Of a stretch of DNA of 64,000 nt, positions 1 through 9,772 are shown one piece after another (positions within the stretch are counted from its first letter, which is position 1; each line of letters begins with the position of its first letter). The DNA lies in the NCBI GenBank assembly GCA_963776245.1, contig CAVZLN010000008.1, positions 256,001 to 320,000 on the forward strand, read 5' to 3'. Both the position numbers and the translations under genes were made by a program. The DNA comes from Candidatus Eiseniibacteriota bacterium (GTDB lineage: Bacteria > Eisenbacteria > RBG-16-71-46). The notes below the pieces were generated by a model that did no database searches, had not been told where the DNA came from, and saw only the letters and a list, made by a program, of their open reading frames with translations.

Positions 1-815
1 CGCACTTCGCCGCCCGCGGCGACGCGGTGGTCGCGTTCCAGCGCGGCCCCGCCGCCGCCGCCCGGCCGCGCGTCACGGTGGTCCCGTTCGTCCTCCCCGA
101 CCGCTTCGATCCCGGGGACCTCGCGGGGCTCGACGCGATCGTCCATGGCGCGCTGGTGGAGCACGGCCCGGGCACGCCCGACGCCGACGCGATCAATCGC
201 GAGGGCGCGCGGCGCGTGCTCGCGGCCGCGCGCACCCATGGCGTGCGCGTGGTGTTCCTGTCCACGCTCTCCGCCCATCCGGAAGCCGAGTCCCACTACG
301 GGCGCAACAAGCTCGAGCTCGAGCGCCTGTTGGATCCGGCGCGCGACACGGTGCTGCGACTGGGGCTGGTGCTCGGAGACGGCGGCCTGTTCGGCGGCAT
401 GGTGGACGTGCTGCGCGGCGCGCGGGTGGTCCCGCTGGCCGACGGCGGCCGCCAGCCGATCCAGACGCTGTGGATGGGCGACCTGTGCGCGGCGGTCGAG
501 CACGTCGTGGACCGCGGCCTCGCCGGGAGCTTCGACGTCGCGGCGCCCGAGGTCCACACCCTGCGCGGCCTCCACCAGGCGGTGGCGCGCGGACTGGGGG
601 TGCGGCGCACGCTGGTCGCCGTGCCGCTGCCGCTGGTCGAGCTGGGCGTCTCGGTGCTCGAAGCGCTGCGGGTGCCGTTCTCGATCCGCCGCGAGAACGT
701 GCTCGGCCTCAAGCGCCTGCGCGCGTTCGACACCGCGCCCTCGATGCGCGCGCTCGGGATCGAGCACCCGCTGGGGCTCGAGGAGGCGGTGCGCCGCCTG
801 CTCGCCGGCGCCTGA
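1..815 (+). CDS. NAD-dependent epimerase/dehydratase (SDR) family protein, 5'-truncated by the window edge
   Basis: Frame is open from the window start (HFAARGDAVVAFQR...). Contains VFLSTLS and the YxxxK motif (HYGRNK), then VLRLGLVLG and QPIQTLWMGD, typical of extended SDRs. Confidence 0.8.
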   Translation, partial: HFAARGDAVVAFQRGPAAAARPRVTVVPFVLPDRFDPGDLAGLDAIVHGALVEHGPGTPDADAINREGARRVLAAARTHGVRVVFLSTLSAHPEAESHYGRNKLELERLLDPARDTVLRLGLVLGDGGLFGGMVDVLRGARVVPLADGGRQPIQTLWMGDLCAAVEHVVDRGLAGSFDVAAPEVHTLRGLHQAVARGLGVRRTLVAVPLPLVELGVSVLEALRVPFSIRRENVLGLKRLRAFDTAPSMRALGIEHPLGLEEAVRRLLAGA

Positions 816-824
816 CGCCCGCGC

Positions 825-2003
825 TCAGCGCGGGCGCGGTCCGAGCAGCTCGCTCAGCACCGCGCGCACGCGCGCGGCTCCCACCTCGATGCCGAACTCG
901 CGCGGCGCGCGCTCGCGCACGTGCTCACTCATGCGCCGCCGCCGCGGCTCGTCGTCCAGCAGGAGGTTCACGCCGTCCGCGAGCGCCGCGGGATCGCGCG
1001 GCGGGACCAGCCAGCCGTCCTCACCGTCCCGCACGAAGTCGGGGATGGCGCCCACCGCCGTCACCACCAGCGGCAGCCCGGCCGCCATCGCCTCCGGGAT
1101 CACGAGCGGGAAGGCCTCGGTCCACGAGGGCGAGACGAACACCGAGGAGGAGGCGTAGGCGAGGACGCGGTCCCGCCCTTCGAGCGAGCCGAGGAACGTG
1201 ACCCGGCCGGACCATCCGCTTCGCGCGACCGCCTCGCGCAGCGCCGGTTCGTGCGCTTCGCTCTCGGCCACGCCGCACAACACGAAGCGCGCCTCGGGAT
1301 GGCGCGCGAGCACCGCGGGGATGGCCGCGAACAGGTCGTACACGCCCTTGGGGGCCGACAGCCGTCCCATGAAGAGCACCCCGCGCTCGCCCGCCGCCAG
1401 CCACGGCGCGGGTGAGCCCGGCGGCAGCGCGCGGAACTCCTCGACATCGACCAGGTTCGGCGACCACGCGAGGTCGGGGCGATGCCACGCGGCGGCGAAG
1501 CGGTCGCGATAGGTCGGCCCCAGCACGATCACGCGCTGGGCCGCCGCCATCATCAGCCGGCCGGCCAGCCGGCCGAACCGGCGCTCGGGCGAGGGGAACA
1601 CGGTGTGGGTGGTGCCGTGGTAGTGGCAGACCACGCGCGCGCCCAGCAGGCGCGCGATCGCCATCATCGCCCAGTCGCGCGTAAACGAGACGCCCGAGGC
1701 GGCGTGGACGTAGACCACGTCCGGGCGCAGCCGGAGGATCGCGCGCGCCAGCGCGCCCGCGTGCCGCAGGAAGTCCACCGCGCTGCGCCACGACTGCCGC
1801 TCGACCGCCCATCGCAGGCGTTTCTTCGAGGTGTCCACGGTGTGGATCTCGAAGTCCCGCGCGAGGCTCGAGCCCAGGAGCATCGCGTTCATCAACTGCA
1901 CGCCGCCCAGCGGCGGCGGCAGCGGACCGACCGCGAGCAGGCGCGGACGGCGTTCCGGCGGGGAGGCCGGACCCGGGGAGGGCGGCGCCGGCGGACTCAC
2001 CAC
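825..2003 (-). CDS. glycosyltransferase family 4 (GT-B)
   Basis: GPLPPPLGG N-terminus, FMGRLSAPKG, and the EX7E motif EAFPLVIPEAMAAGLP. Confidence 0.9.
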   Translation of the reverse strand: MVSPPAPPSPGPASPPERRPRLLAVGPLPPPLGGVQLMNAMLLGSSLARDFEIHTVDTSKKRLRWAVERQSWRSAVDFLRHAGALARAILRLRPDVVYVHAASGVSFTRDWAMMAIARLLGARVVCHYHGTTHTVFPSPERRFGRLAGRLMMAAAQRVIVLGPTYRDRFAAAWHRPDLAWSPNLVDVEEFRALPPGSPAPWLAAGERGVLFMGRLSAPKGVYDLFAAIPAVLARHPEARFVLCGVAESEAHEPALREAVARSGWSGRVTFLGSLEGRDRVLAYASSSVFVSPSWTEAFPLVIPEAMAAGLPLVVTAVGAIPDFVRDGEDGWLVPPRDPAALADGVNLLLDDEPRRRRMSEHVRERAPREFGIEVGAARVRAVLSELLGPRPR

Positions 2004-2004
2004 G

Positions 2005-4194
2005 TCAGTGGGGCGCGTACGGGAAATGGGTGTCCATCAGGACCACGCGTCGCTCCCGGATCGAGCGCTGCGCGGCGAGCAGCGCCTGCGCGGCGACCAC
2101 GAACGAGTCGGTCTCGTCGGCCGCGCCGGGCGCCCGCCGGAACTGCGCGAACATGCGCTCGAGCATGTCGCGCTGGCCGAGGTCGGGCTGCAGCCTCGAG
2201 GCCTGGCGGGGCGCCCCGCCCCCGCGCAGCGCGAGCCGGCGGAATCCCGCGAGCCGCGCCGAACGTCCGCCGCCCAGGAGCTCGACCGATTCGCGCTCGA
2301 GGCCCTGCTGGCTGCCGCAGGTGTAGTTCACGGACGCCAGTCCGCCGCTGGCGAAGCGCATCTGGACCGCCCAGGCCTCCTCGCGGCGCCCCGGGTCGGG
2401 GGTCGCGAGCGCGTGCACCTCGACCGGGAGGCTGCGCGCGAACCAGATCGCGAGGTCGATGAAGTGGCAGGCGTCTCCGAACAGCACGCCGCCGCCCTCG
2501 ATGGGATCCTGGTACCAGGAGTCCGCCGGGATCCCGGCCGAGCGCACGGTGATCGCGACCTGCCGCACCGCGACCCCGTCGAAGTGCGCCAGCGCCTGGC
2601 GGCTGAGCGGCGCGTAGCGGCGATTGTGTCCCATCCACAGCGTCGGTCCGTCCGGGCCCCGCCCGGCCAGCGCCTCGATCACCGGCGCGAGCTGCTCGTC
2701 GCTCAGCGCGAGCGGCTTCTCGACGTATACGTGCTTCCCCGCGCGCAGCGCCTCGGCGGTGTAGCGCGCGTGGCTGTCGTGGCGGGTGGCGATCATCACC
2801 GCGTTGACCCGCTCGTCCGTCATCACCTGCGCCGTGTCGGTGGTGGCGAGGCGGAACCCGTAGCGCTTCGCGAGCGCCTCCGCGTTCGCCCCGCGGGCGG
2901 TGCAGATGGCCTCCAGCCCCACGCCCGGGAATCCCGGCAGGTGCGGGAGGATCATCGATTTCACGTAATTGCCGGCGCCGATGACCCCCAGTCGCACGTC
3001 GCCCTGCGCGTGGGTCCCGGGGAACGTGAGGGAGCGCGGCCCGCCGGCCGGGGCGGTGGTCTCGGCGTCCGGATACTCGAACACGATGCCGACCGCCGAC
3101 GCCAGCGCTCCGGACGCGATGCGGTCGAACACCGCGGGCGCCTCGGCGAACGGGAAGCGATGGGTCACCAGCCGGCCGAGATCCAGCTGTCCGCGCGCGA
3201 TCAGGTCGAGGAACGAGCCCATGTTGCGGTTCGCCGTCCAGCGCACGTAGGCCGCCGGGTAGTCCTTCGCGCGCATCGTGTAGTCGCCGTCGTACATCCC
3301 CGCGCCCATCGCCCGGCTGAACCGGAAGTCGATCTCCTTGCCGAACCAGGTGCGCCAGTCGAGCTCGATGTGCGTGTTGCCGAGGCACACCACGCGGCCG
3401 CGCTCGCGCACGATCGCGGCCGCCATCTCGATCGGTCCATTGTCCTTCACCGCCGGCGTCAGCATCACCGCGTCCACGCCCAGCCCCTCGCTGGCGCGCA
3501 GGGTGTGGTGGAGCGCCTCCTCGAGCGCGGGCGGGCACGCCGCCTCGGCGCCGTTCTGGAGCGCGAGCGCCTGCTTGCCCGGATCCGGATCCACGCCCAC
3601 CACCCGGCAGCCGTTCGCGTGAGCGAGCTGGACCAGGAACTGGCCGAGCAGCCCGAGCCCGATCACCGCCACGGTCTCGCCCAGCTCGAGGTGCGCCTGG
3701 CGCACCCCCTGCAGCGCGATCGCTCCGACCGCGGCGCTGCACGCGTGGTCGAGCCGCACCCCGTCCGGCACCGCGACCACCAGATTGCGCGGCACCGCGT
3801 TGTACTCGGCATGCGTGGCGATGGCCTCGCCGATCGCCGCCACGCGGTCGCCGACCCGGAAGTCCTCGACCTGCGCCCCCACCGCGACCACGGTCCCGGC
3901 GCACGAGTAGCCCAGCGTGGCGGGGGCCTTGAGGCGCTCCTGCACCTTGCGCCACGTCGGCATCAGGCCCTGTTCCTTCATGGTCTGGAGCACCTGGCGC
4001 ACCTGGTCGGGGCGCTCGGCGGCCTTGCCGGCGAGGCTCAGCCGGGCCTGCGTGACCTTCATCTTCTCGGTGCCGACGCTCACGAACGAGTAGTGGGTGC
4101 GGATCAGCACGTCGCCGGGCGCGACCGCGGGAAGGGGCACCTCGCTCACGTCGAGCGTGCCGTCCCTGAGGTACTGGCGGATCTGCTTCAACAC
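2005..4194 (-). CDS. bi-domain oxidoreductase (MDR alcohol-dehydrogenase-like domain fused to Gfo/Idh/MocA domain)
   Basis: N-terminal SVGTE, LGYSCAG and VIGLGLLG; C-terminal GVIGAGNY, HVYVEKP and GHNRRY. GGAGGA directly upstream; the start may be the TTG at 4191. Confidence 0.85.
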   Translation of the reverse strand: MLKQIRQYLRDGTLDVSEVPLPAVAPGDVLIRTHYSFVSVGTEKMKVTQARLSLAGKAAERPDQVRQVLQTMKEQGLMPTWRKVQERLKAPATLGYSCAGTVVAVGAQVEDFRVGDRVAAIGEAIATHAEYNAVPRNLVVAVPDGVRLDHACSAAVGAIALQGVRQAHLELGETVAVIGLGLLGQFLVQLAHANGCRVVGVDPDPGKQALALQNGAEAACPPALEEALHHTLRASEGLGVDAVMLTPAVKDNGPIEMAAAIVRERGRVVCLGNTHIELDWRTWFGKEIDFRFSRAMGAGMYDGDYTMRAKDYPAAYVRWTANRNMGSFLDLIARGQLDLGRLVTHRFPFAEAPAVFDRIASGALASAVGIVFEYPDAETTAPAGGPRSLTFPGTHAQGDVRLGVIGAGNYVKSMILPHLPGFPGVGLEAICTARGANAEALAKRYGFRLATTDTAQVMTDERVNAVMIATRHDSHARYTAEALRAGKHVYVEKPLALSDEQLAPVIEALAGRGPDGPTLWMGHNRRYAPLSRQALAHFDGVAVRQVAITVRSAGIPADSWYQDPIEGGGVLFGDACHFIDLAIWFARSLPVEVHALATPDPGRREEAWAVQMRFASGGLASVNYTCGSQQGLERESVELLGGGRSARLAGFRRLALRGGGAPRQASRLQPDLGQRDMLERMFAQFRRAPGAADETDSFVVAAQALLAAQRSIRERRVVLMDTHFPYAPH

Positions 4195-4409
4195 TCCTCC
4201 TCGATGGACGACGCACGGGGGCGGAGGGTGTCCGAGCCACGCGACCGCTTCCCGACACGGGGGAGCCGCATGCTAGCAGACCCCGCGGCCGGGGGCATTC
4301 CGGCCCCTCCGGATGGTGGCGCGACGCCATCGCGCGGAGGGTCCGTGCACGGTCGGGACGCACCCGCGGGTGGCCCGGGGGCGGCACGTCCTGTATCCTC
4401 GAGGTCCGC

Positions 4410-5888
4410 ATGAGCCCATTCCCCGTCGCCATCCATCGGTCGGAGCGCGCGGCCTACCCCGCGCGCGCGCCGTTCCACCCGCCGGCGCGTTACCCCGAAC
4501 TGCCCGAAGGTCTCGAGCTCGACCCCACCAACACCGCGTACGCGGCGGTGCGCGACGCACTGTCGCTGCTCGGGCTCGACCGCGAGCACGCCGGGACGCG
4601 CGACTGGAACCCGCTCGGCGCGCTGGTGAAGCCGGGCGACACCGTGTTCCTCAAGCCCAACATGATCGCGCACCGCCACCGGCTGCGCGACGAGTGGGAC
4701 GATGTCATCACCCACGGCTCGGTGATCCGGGCGGTGATGGACTACGTCCGCCTCGCGCTCCACGGCGAGGGCGCGATCCTGATCGGGGACGCGCCGCAGA
4801 CCGACTCCCGGTGGGACGGACTGATGGAGCGGATGGGACTGCCCGAGATCCGGGACTGGTACCGGGCGCGCCACGGGTTCCCGATCGAGCTGCTCGACCT
4901 GCGCGACGAGCACCACGTGGAGCGGGACGGGATCTACGTCGAGACCGTGCGCCTGCCGGGGGACCCGCGCGGGGGCGTCGCCGTGGATCTGGCCGACGAC
5001 AGCATGTTCCGCGAGCTGGACGCGCAGGGGAAGCGCTACTACGGCGCGTACTACGACTGGAAGGAGACCAACGCCCATCAGCGCGCCGGCCGCCACGAGT
5101 ACGCCGTCTCGCGCTCCCCCCTGACCGCCGACGTGTTCATCAATCTGCCGAAGCTCAAGACCCACAAGAAGTGTGGGATGACCGTCAATCTGAAGAGCCT
5201 GGTGGGGATCAACGCCAACAAGAACTGGCTCCCCCACTACGCCTTCGGCGCGCCCGCGGACGGCGGCGACCAGTTCGATCGCGCCACGCTCAAGACGCGG
5301 CTCGAGAACTGGGTGGTGATGCCGGCCAAGCAGCTCCTGCTCGCCGACCTGCCCCTGTTCAAGGGCCTTGCGCGGCGCACCAAGCAGGTGGGCTACGACG
5401 TGTTCGGCGGGACCGAGGAAGTGGTGCGCTCGGGCAACTGGCATGGCAACGACACGGTGTGGCGCATGTGCCTCGACCTCCACCGCATCCTGCTCTACGG
5501 CGAGCCGGACGGCTCGATGCGGGCGGCGGGCGCCGCCAAGCGCTACTTCTCGGTGGTGGACGGCATCGTGGCGATGGAGGGCAACGGCCCGGTGGCCGGG
5601 GACCGCCGCGAGGCCGGGCTGATCGTCGCCGGCGCGAACCCGGTCGCGGTGGACGCCGTGTGCGCGCGGGTGATGGGTTTCGATCCGCAGCGCCTGGCGC
5701 TGGTGCGCCGCGCCTTCGAGCCCCACCGGTGGCCGCTGATCGACGGCACCGAGGCCGACATCGCGCCCATCAGCGACGTGCCGGCGTGGGATCGTCCGCT
5801 GGCGGCGTGGCGGCTCGAGGACACCCTGCGGTTCCGCCCGCACTTCGGCTGGACCGGGGCGATCGAGTGGGGCCCGCCGCGCCCCTGA
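4410..5888 (+). CDS. DUF362 domain-containing protein
   Basis: VFLKPN, INLPKLKTH..GMT..LKSLVG, DGIVAMEGNGP and PVAVDAV motifs. Confidence 0.8.
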   Translation: MSPFPVAIHRSERAAYPARAPFHPPARYPELPEGLELDPTNTAYAAVRDALSLLGLDREHAGTRDWNPLGALVKPGDTVFLKPNMIAHRHRLRDEWDDVITHGSVIRAVMDYVRLALHGEGAILIGDAPQTDSRWDGLMERMGLPEIRDWYRARHGFPIELLDLRDEHHVERDGIYVETVRLPGDPRGGVAVDLADDSMFRELDAQGKRYYGAYYDWKETNAHQRAGRHEYAVSRSPLTADVFINLPKLKTHKKCGMTVNLKSLVGINANKNWLPHYAFGAPADGGDQFDRATLKTRLENWVVMPAKQLLLADLPLFKGLARRTKQVGYDVFGGTEEVVRSGNWHGNDTVWRMCLDLHRILLYGEPDGSMRAAGAAKRYFSVVDGIVAMEGNGPVAGDRREAGLIVAGANPVAVDAVCARVMGFDPQRLALVRRAFEPHRWPLIDGTEADIAPISDVPAWDRPLAAWRLEDTLRFRPHFGWTGAIEWGPPRP

Positions 5889-5919
5889 CGGGCGCCGCGC
5901 GCGCGCGGCGCCGGCCGGT

Positions 5920-6819
5920 TCACGCCATGTCGCGCAGCGAGCGCTCGAGCGGGAGCGTGGCGCTCCAGCCGGTGGCCGCGCGCAGCGCGGAGGCGTCCCC
6001 GACCTGCTCGAGCACCTCCACGGCCCGCACCCGCGCCGGATCCACGACGATGCGCGCCTCCACCCCGGCGGCCGCGAGCACCTGCTCGAGCAGCGCGCGC
6101 ACCGCCACCGGACGCCCCGAGGCCACGTTGAACACGCGGCCGCGCAGGTCCTCGCGCTCCAGCAGCTCGAGGTAGGCGCGCACCGCGTCGCGCACGTCCA
6201 CGAAGTCCCGGCGCGGCTCGAGCGCACCCACGTGGATCGCGCCGTCGCCTTCCCCGGCGCGCAGCGCGCGCGCCTGGGCCATGAAGTCCGAGGGCGCGAA
6301 CCCCGCGCGCAGGCCGGGGCCGACCAGGTTGAACGGACGCGCGACCGTGACCGGCAGCAGGCCGCGGCGGTGCATCGACAGCGCGGCGTGCTCGGCCGCG
6401 GCCTTGCTGGCGCCGTAGGGCGTGACCGGACGCAGCGGGGTGTCCTCGCGCACCGGCGATTCCTCGGCGCGCGTGAGGCCGTACACCGCCGCGCTCGAGA
6501 CCACCACCACCGCGGGAGGCCGGGGCTGCGCGGCGCACGCCTCGAGCAGATGCCGCGTCGCGTCCAGGTTGACGGCCCAGCAGCGGTCGACGTCCTGCGA
6601 GCTCACCCCGGCGAGGTGGAGCACGCGCTCCGGACGGACCTGGTCGAGCAGCGCGCGGACCGCGCCCGGCGCGGCGAGGTCGAGGGAGGCGTAGCGCAGC
6701 CCCGCCGGCCCCTGCGCGGCGAGGTCGGTGCCCCACGCCTCGAGGTCCCGCCCGGTGAGGGCGTCCAGCAGGTGCCGGGCGGTGAACGACGCCGCACCGG
6801 TGATGAGCAGGCGCGTCAT
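5920..6819 (-). CDS. NDP-sugar reductase/epimerase (GDP-6-deoxy-mannose reductase Rmd-like SDR)
   Basis: HLAG, VSSAAVYG, PYGASK, RPFNLVGPG and RDFVDVRDAVRAY motifs; 4-nt overlap with the upstream gene. Confidence 0.75.
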   Translation of the reverse strand: MTRLLITGAASFTARHLLDALTGRDLEAWGTDLAAQGPAGLRYASLDLAAPGAVRALLDQVRPERVLHLAGVSSQDVDRCWAVNLDATRHLLEACAAQPRPPAVVVVSSAAVYGLTRAEESPVREDTPLRPVTPYGASKAAAEHAALSMHRRGLLPVTVARPFNLVGPGLRAGFAPSDFMAQARALRAGEGDGAIHVGALEPRRDFVDVRDAVRAYLELLEREDLRGRVFNVASGRPVAVRALLEQVLAAAGVEARIVVDPARVRAVEVLEQVGDASALRAATGWSATLPLERSLRDMA

Positions 6820-7556
6820 CGGGGCGGAGCGGACGCCGTTCCCGGATCGCCCTCCCGCAGGAACTCCGCGCGGTGCGCCTCGAAGGTCTCGAGCGCCTCC
6901 GCGTAGTCGTCGGCGCGCCCGATGTCGAGCCAGCGGCAGGGCTGTTCGAACGTGGCGACCGTCTCCCCCGCCTGCTTCAACCGCATCATCAGGTCCGGCA
7001 TCCCGAGCGCCTCGTCCGCGCCGATCGCGTCCAGCGCGCGCGGCTCCAGGATGTTGATGCCCATGCTCACCGCGTAGTGGATCTCGGGCTTCTCGATGTA
7101 GCGCTCCAGGGTGCCGTCGCGGGCGGTCTCCACCACGCCGTAGTCGATCCGCACGCTGCGCCGGTGCATCGCGATGGTCGCCAGCGCCCCGGCCCGGCGG
7201 TGGTGCGCCAGCATCGCGCCATAGTCCAGGGTCGTGAGCACATCCCCGTTCATGACCAGGAAGGTGTCGTCGAGCCCTCGCACCAGCCGCAGCGGTCCCG
7301 CCGTCGAGAGCGACCGGTCCTCGCGCGAGTAGTCGATCCGCATGCCGAGCCGCTCACCGTTCCCGAAGAACGCCTCGATCAGCTCCGCCAGGTACGACAC
7401 CGCGAGCGTGATGCGGGTGAACCCGCTCGCTTTGAGCTGGCGCAGCACGATCTCGAGGATCGGCATCTCGCCGATCGGCATCAGGGGCTTGGGGAAGATG
7501 GTGGTGTAGGGACGCAGGCGCGTGCCCTTGCCGCCGGCCAGGATCACCGCACGCAT
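6816..7556 (-). CDS. sugar-1-phosphate nucleotidyltransferase
   Basis: MRAVILAGGKGTRLRPYT..PKPL signature, plus NGDVLT and WLDIG. Confidence 0.9.
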   Translation of the reverse strand: MRAVILAGGKGTRLRPYTTIFPKPLMPIGEMPILEIVLRQLKASGFTRITLAVSYLAELIEAFFGNGERLGMRIDYSREDRSLSTAGPLRLVRGLDDTFLVMNGDVLTTLDYGAMLAHHRRAGALATIAMHRRSVRIDYGVVETARDGTLERYIEKPEIHYAVSMGINILEPRALDAIGADEALGMPDLMMRLKQAGETVATFEQPCRWLDIGRADDYAEALETFEAHRAEFLREGDPGTASAPPR

Positions 7557-7569
7557 GTGGGTCGCTCCT

Positions 7570-8565
7570 TCATACGGTGTAGAGGCCGGGCTTGTAGTCC
7601 CCGAGGTGGCGGCCGATCCACTCCGCGGTGCGCCGCACCCCGTCCTCGAGGCTCACGCGACTGCTCCAGCCGAGCCGCTCGCGCGCGACCGTCGCGTCGG
7701 CGATCAGCGCCATCACCTCGCTGCGATCGGGGCGCACGCGCGCGGCCTCGATCTCGACGCGCGGGCTGCGGCCGGTGACCCGCAGCGCGAGATCGAGCAG
7801 TTCGCGCATGGTGACGCCGCGCCCGCTGCCCAGATTGACCGTCAGCCCTTCGATGCCCGGCGCGATGGCGGCGGCGAGGAAGCCCGCCACCGTGTCCGCG
7901 ACGTAATTCATGTCGCGCACCGGATCGAGCGAGCCCACGCGCACCACGTCCGCGGTGAGCGCCTGGGTGAGCACGGTGGGCAGGAAGGCGCGCGCCGACT
8001 GGCGCGGTCCGTAGGTGTTGAACGGGCGCACGGTCACCACCGGGGTCTCGAACGAGCACCGGTAGGCCTCCGCCAGCTTGTCCGCCCCGATCTTGCTGGC
8101 CGAGTACGGCGATTGCCCCTGGAGCGGATGCCCCTCGTCGATCGGGGTGTAGCGCGCGGTGCCGTAGGTCTCGCTGGTCGAGGTATGGAGCAGGCGGCGT
8201 ACGTCGTGGCGGCGCACCGCCTCGAGCACGTGGAGGGTCCCGCGCACGTTGGTGTCGACGTACTCCGAGGGCGCGAGATACGAATACGGGATCGGGATGA
8301 GCGCAGCGAGATGGAACACGCAGTCCGTGCCGGCGACCGCGCGATCGACCAGGAACGGGTCCCGCAGGTCGCCCGCCATCACCTCGACGGCCGCCCGCGC
8401 CCCGGGATCGATGCGCTCGAGGTGGCCCCAGTCGTCCCGCGAGTTGTAGTGCACGAGCGCGCGCACCCGCGCGCCCGCCACCACCAGCGCCTCCACCAGA
8501 TGGCTGCCGATGAACCCGCCGGCGCCGGTGACCAGCACCGGGCGGCCCTCGAGATCCTGCGACAT
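7570..8565 (-). CDS. NDP-sugar 4,6-dehydratase (LegB-like SDR)
   Basis: TGAGGFIGSH, FHLAALIPIPYSY, TSTSETYGTA, QSPYSASK and RPFNTYGPRQSARA. Start taken at the ATG at 8565 after GGGAGGA. Confidence 0.85.
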   Translation of the reverse strand: MSQDLEGRPVLVTGAGGFIGSHLVEALVVAGARVRALVHYNSRDDWGHLERIDPGARAAVEVMAGDLRDPFLVDRAVAGTDCVFHLAALIPIPYSYLAPSEYVDTNVRGTLHVLEAVRRHDVRRLLHTSTSETYGTARYTPIDEGHPLQGQSPYSASKIGADKLAEAYRCSFETPVVTVRPFNTYGPRQSARAFLPTVLTQALTADVVRVGSLDPVRDMNYVADTVAGFLAAAIAPGIEGLTVNLGSGRGVTMRELLDLALRVTGRSPRVEIEAARVRPDRSEVMALIADATVARERLGWSSRVSLEDGVRRTAEWIGRHLGDYKPGLYTV

Positions 8566-8602
8566 GCGTCCTCCCATCACGGCGATCCATTTCCGGCGCG
8601 CG

Positions 8603-8611
8603 AGTATAGCA
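8603..8611 (-). promoter_or_regulatory. putative internal extended -10 promoter (TGcTATACT) for the dehydratase-nucleotidyltransferase-reductase trio
   Basis: TGCTATACT on the minus strand in the short gap upstream of the ATG at 8565; near-consensus AT-rich hexamer in GC-rich DNA. Confidence 0.5.
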
Positions 8612-8626
8612 TCCGCGCGTCGGCGT

Positions 8627-9772
8627 TCAGCGGCGGCGGCGCGACCGCACCTGCGCGAGCAGCGCGTCCAGCTCACGGGTGAGCGTGCCGAGCACGCGCT
8701 CGGGCGTGTGATGCTCCTCGACATAGCGCCGCGCCCGCCCACCTGCTTTCCGACGCGTTTCCGGGTCCCCCATCAGCCGTTCGACGGTCTCGACCAGGAA
8801 GGGGAAGTCCGTCGCGACCGCGCCGAGGCGCAGGCGCGTGACCAGCGCGTCCGGGTTCACCGACGACACCGTGGGCAGTCCCAGCGCCCAGGCTTCGAGC
8901 ATGACGTTCGAGAAGCCCTCGACCGGGGAGGTATGGACCACCAGCGAGGCGGTGCGCATCAGTCGCTCCAGTTCCTCCCCGGTCTGGAATCCGCGCACCT
9001 CGAGGTTGGGGCATTCGCGGGCCTGCGCCACTGCGGCATCCCAGTGACTGCGACTGAGCGGCGGCGGCGGCACCACCCCGGCCATCAGGAACCGGCGGTG
9101 AGGGAGCTCGCGCGCCAGCCGCGTGAACCACTCCGGCCGCTTGATCGACTTGTAGGTGCCGAGCCACATGACGTGGCCATCCTGCCCCGCGTCCACCAGC
9201 GATGCCGGCAGCTCGATGAGATTGGGGAGCAACTGACTCTCGACACCATGGTTCCGCTGGAACGCCTCGCGTTGGTGCTCGGTCTGCGCGAACAGCCGGT
9301 CGGCATCGCGCAGCGCCCGGCGGTACCACGCCCGGTCCCGGAGGCCATAGCGCTTGAGATCCTTGAGCACGTCGTAGTCGCTCATCGCGTGGAGCGCGAA
9401 TCCCGCGCCCCGCACACGCGCCAGGTCGTGCGTGAGTCCGGCGGGCATCCCCGCGCCGACCACGTAGTAGATCTCGGCGTCGGCGCGCGCCAGGGCGCGG
9501 ATGGCGAGCGAGAGGCGCGGATGGAAGAAGCGCAGCACCGGGAGGCCGCCCGCGACCGGGAAGGCCCGGTGCACGGTGATGCCGTCGATCACCACGGTCG
9601 CGGGCTGGCCGAAGTCGCAGGTCACGAGCTGGACGTCGTAGCCCCGCTCGACCAGGCCGCGCGCGAGCAGCACGACGAGCATCTCGGCCCCTCCGGCGAA
9701 GTCCCCGGCGGTCGCGTCCAGCACCGGGTAGGCGCGCTCGGAATAGAAGCAGATGCGCCCGCGGGCGGTCAC
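8627..9772 (-). CDS. glycosyltransferase family 4
   Basis: GGAE N-terminal motif, KRPE, and EGFSNVMLEAWALGLP. Confidence 0.88.
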   Translation of the reverse strand: MTARGRICFYSERAYPVLDATAGDFAGGAEMLVVLLARGLVERGYDVQLVTCDFGQPATVVIDGITVHRAFPVAGGLPVLRFFHPRLSLAIRALARADAEIYYVVGAGMPAGLTHDLARVRGAGFALHAMSDYDVLKDLKRYGLRDRAWYRRALRDADRLFAQTEHQREAFQRNHGVESQLLPNLIELPASLVDAGQDGHVMWLGTYKSIKRPEWFTRLARELPHRRFLMAGVVPPPPLSRSHWDAAVAQARECPNLEVRGFQTGEELERLMRTASLVVHTSPVEGFSNVMLEAWALGLPTVSSVNPDALVTRLRLGAVATDFPFLVETVERLMGDPETRRKAGGRARRYVEEHHTPERVLGTLTRELDALLAQVRSRRRR

